64,000 nt of DNA from Octopus bimaculoides (Eukaryota), in NCBI RefSeq assembly GCF_001194135.2, contig NC_068987.1, positions 16,106,194 to 16,170,193 of the forward strand, in the 5' to 3' direction. Position 1 is the stretch's first letter; each line of letters begins with the position of its first letter. A program made the position numbers and the translations under genes. A model generated the notes under the pieces. That model worked only from the letters and a program-made list of their open reading frames with translations. It was not told where the DNA came from and ran no database searches. Positions 63,081-64,000 of the stretch are shown here, piece by piece.

Positions 63081-64000
63081 TGCAGGCTTAGCTAAGTGGG
63101 GATGCTTGTCTCCCCCTTGCAAACATAAAGACACAGGAAATGTGTCAAGGCTGACAGGAAGTGGTGCTGCTTCCTAGAGCTAAATAGCAGTAGTATTATT
63201 CCCATCATGGGACTGTCACATTAAGTTGACAGCATACTACTTTATATATANNNNNNNNNNNNNNNNNNNNNNNNNNNNNNNNNNNNNNNNNNNNNNNNNN
63301 NNNNNNNNNNNNNNNNNNNNNNNNNNNNNNNTATATATATATATATTTATATAAAATCTACTGTGACTCTCTCATTCCCAGGATACCATAGAAATTCACA
63401 TTGATTTGTCTATCACATTCCTCACAGTCTACTCCACAAAATTATAACTACAAGAACAGTCTCGTCCTTCCTATTTTCCATTTCTCTCTTCTTCCTGGCA
63501 ATACAATTTGTCAAGATTTTCAGTGAAACCCCTATGACTTCTAATTGTAAGTGAATTCGTGTATGTAGTGTGCACGCATGTGTGTGTGTAGGTGGTTGAA
63601 TAAAGTTGCATAGTGTATCGTTGTGTTTACAGGTGTGAGGGTTGTGCGGTGTCTGTGTTGTGGAGGTATGATCTCTGTTCAGTTTCACTAAATTTCTTCA
63701 TGCTAGTTAGATAGACAAACAAACAACATATGTATAAGGGTGAGATTGTGTATCAAATTAGTTAATGTCAGTGCCATACTAATGTTGTACTGTAGAATGA
63801 TATATAAGATGCAGGATAGCAGGTGGTGGAATTGGTTAGCAGCCAAATTAAACACATGTGGTATTGAGTTAAATCTTGAGGTCAATTTCTGCTAGGGGTT
63901 GACTTCCCTTTCATCCCGGTAGGGTACAGTCATACACTTGGAGCTGATTCAATTGAAAATATCTCTCTGGGTCTGTACTGAAACTCTTCTCTTCCTGTCA

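Larger units (their letters stand above)
62667..63243 (+). mobile_element. Retrozyme-like tandem repeat R1 (343-nt period, ~1.7 units)
   Basis: 62667-62896 repeats at 63010-63243; each copy carries a type I hammerhead. Confidence 0.8.

Overview
Eukaryotic, AT-rich, repeat-dominated scaffold with 10 N-gaps, most flanked by (TA)n or other simple repeats. The repeat families look like octopus, probably Octopus bimaculoides (inference from recognising the SINEs; not searched). There is no long coding ORF: nearly all listed ORFs are microsatellite, N-gap or antisense artefacts. Supported content: (i) several tRNA-headed SINE families and a (CAA)n-tailed SINE-like family; (ii) decayed LINE pieces (two CR1/Jockey-type RT fragments, RTE ORF2 C-termini, an RTE 3'UTR with a tandem array, a double zinc-finger LINE end); (iii) mariner and maT (DD37D) transposase remnants plus piggyBac-, hAT- and unclassified TIR MITEs; (iv) weak candidate exons of two possible host genes. 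The main discovery is six type I hammerhead-ribozyme motifs in four repeat families, all with short palindromic helix III. Two families are ~343-nt and ~351-nt tandem units that look like non-LTR retrozymes, and both carry a CCTRGGGYTAAA motif that is also the 3' end of the (CAA)n-tailed SINE-like family. The hammerheads include C3-G8, G3-C8 and U3-A8 core variants. Everything was read by eye; dispersed-repeat coordinates are approximate (about +/-10-20 nt) and no database search or folding computation was run.
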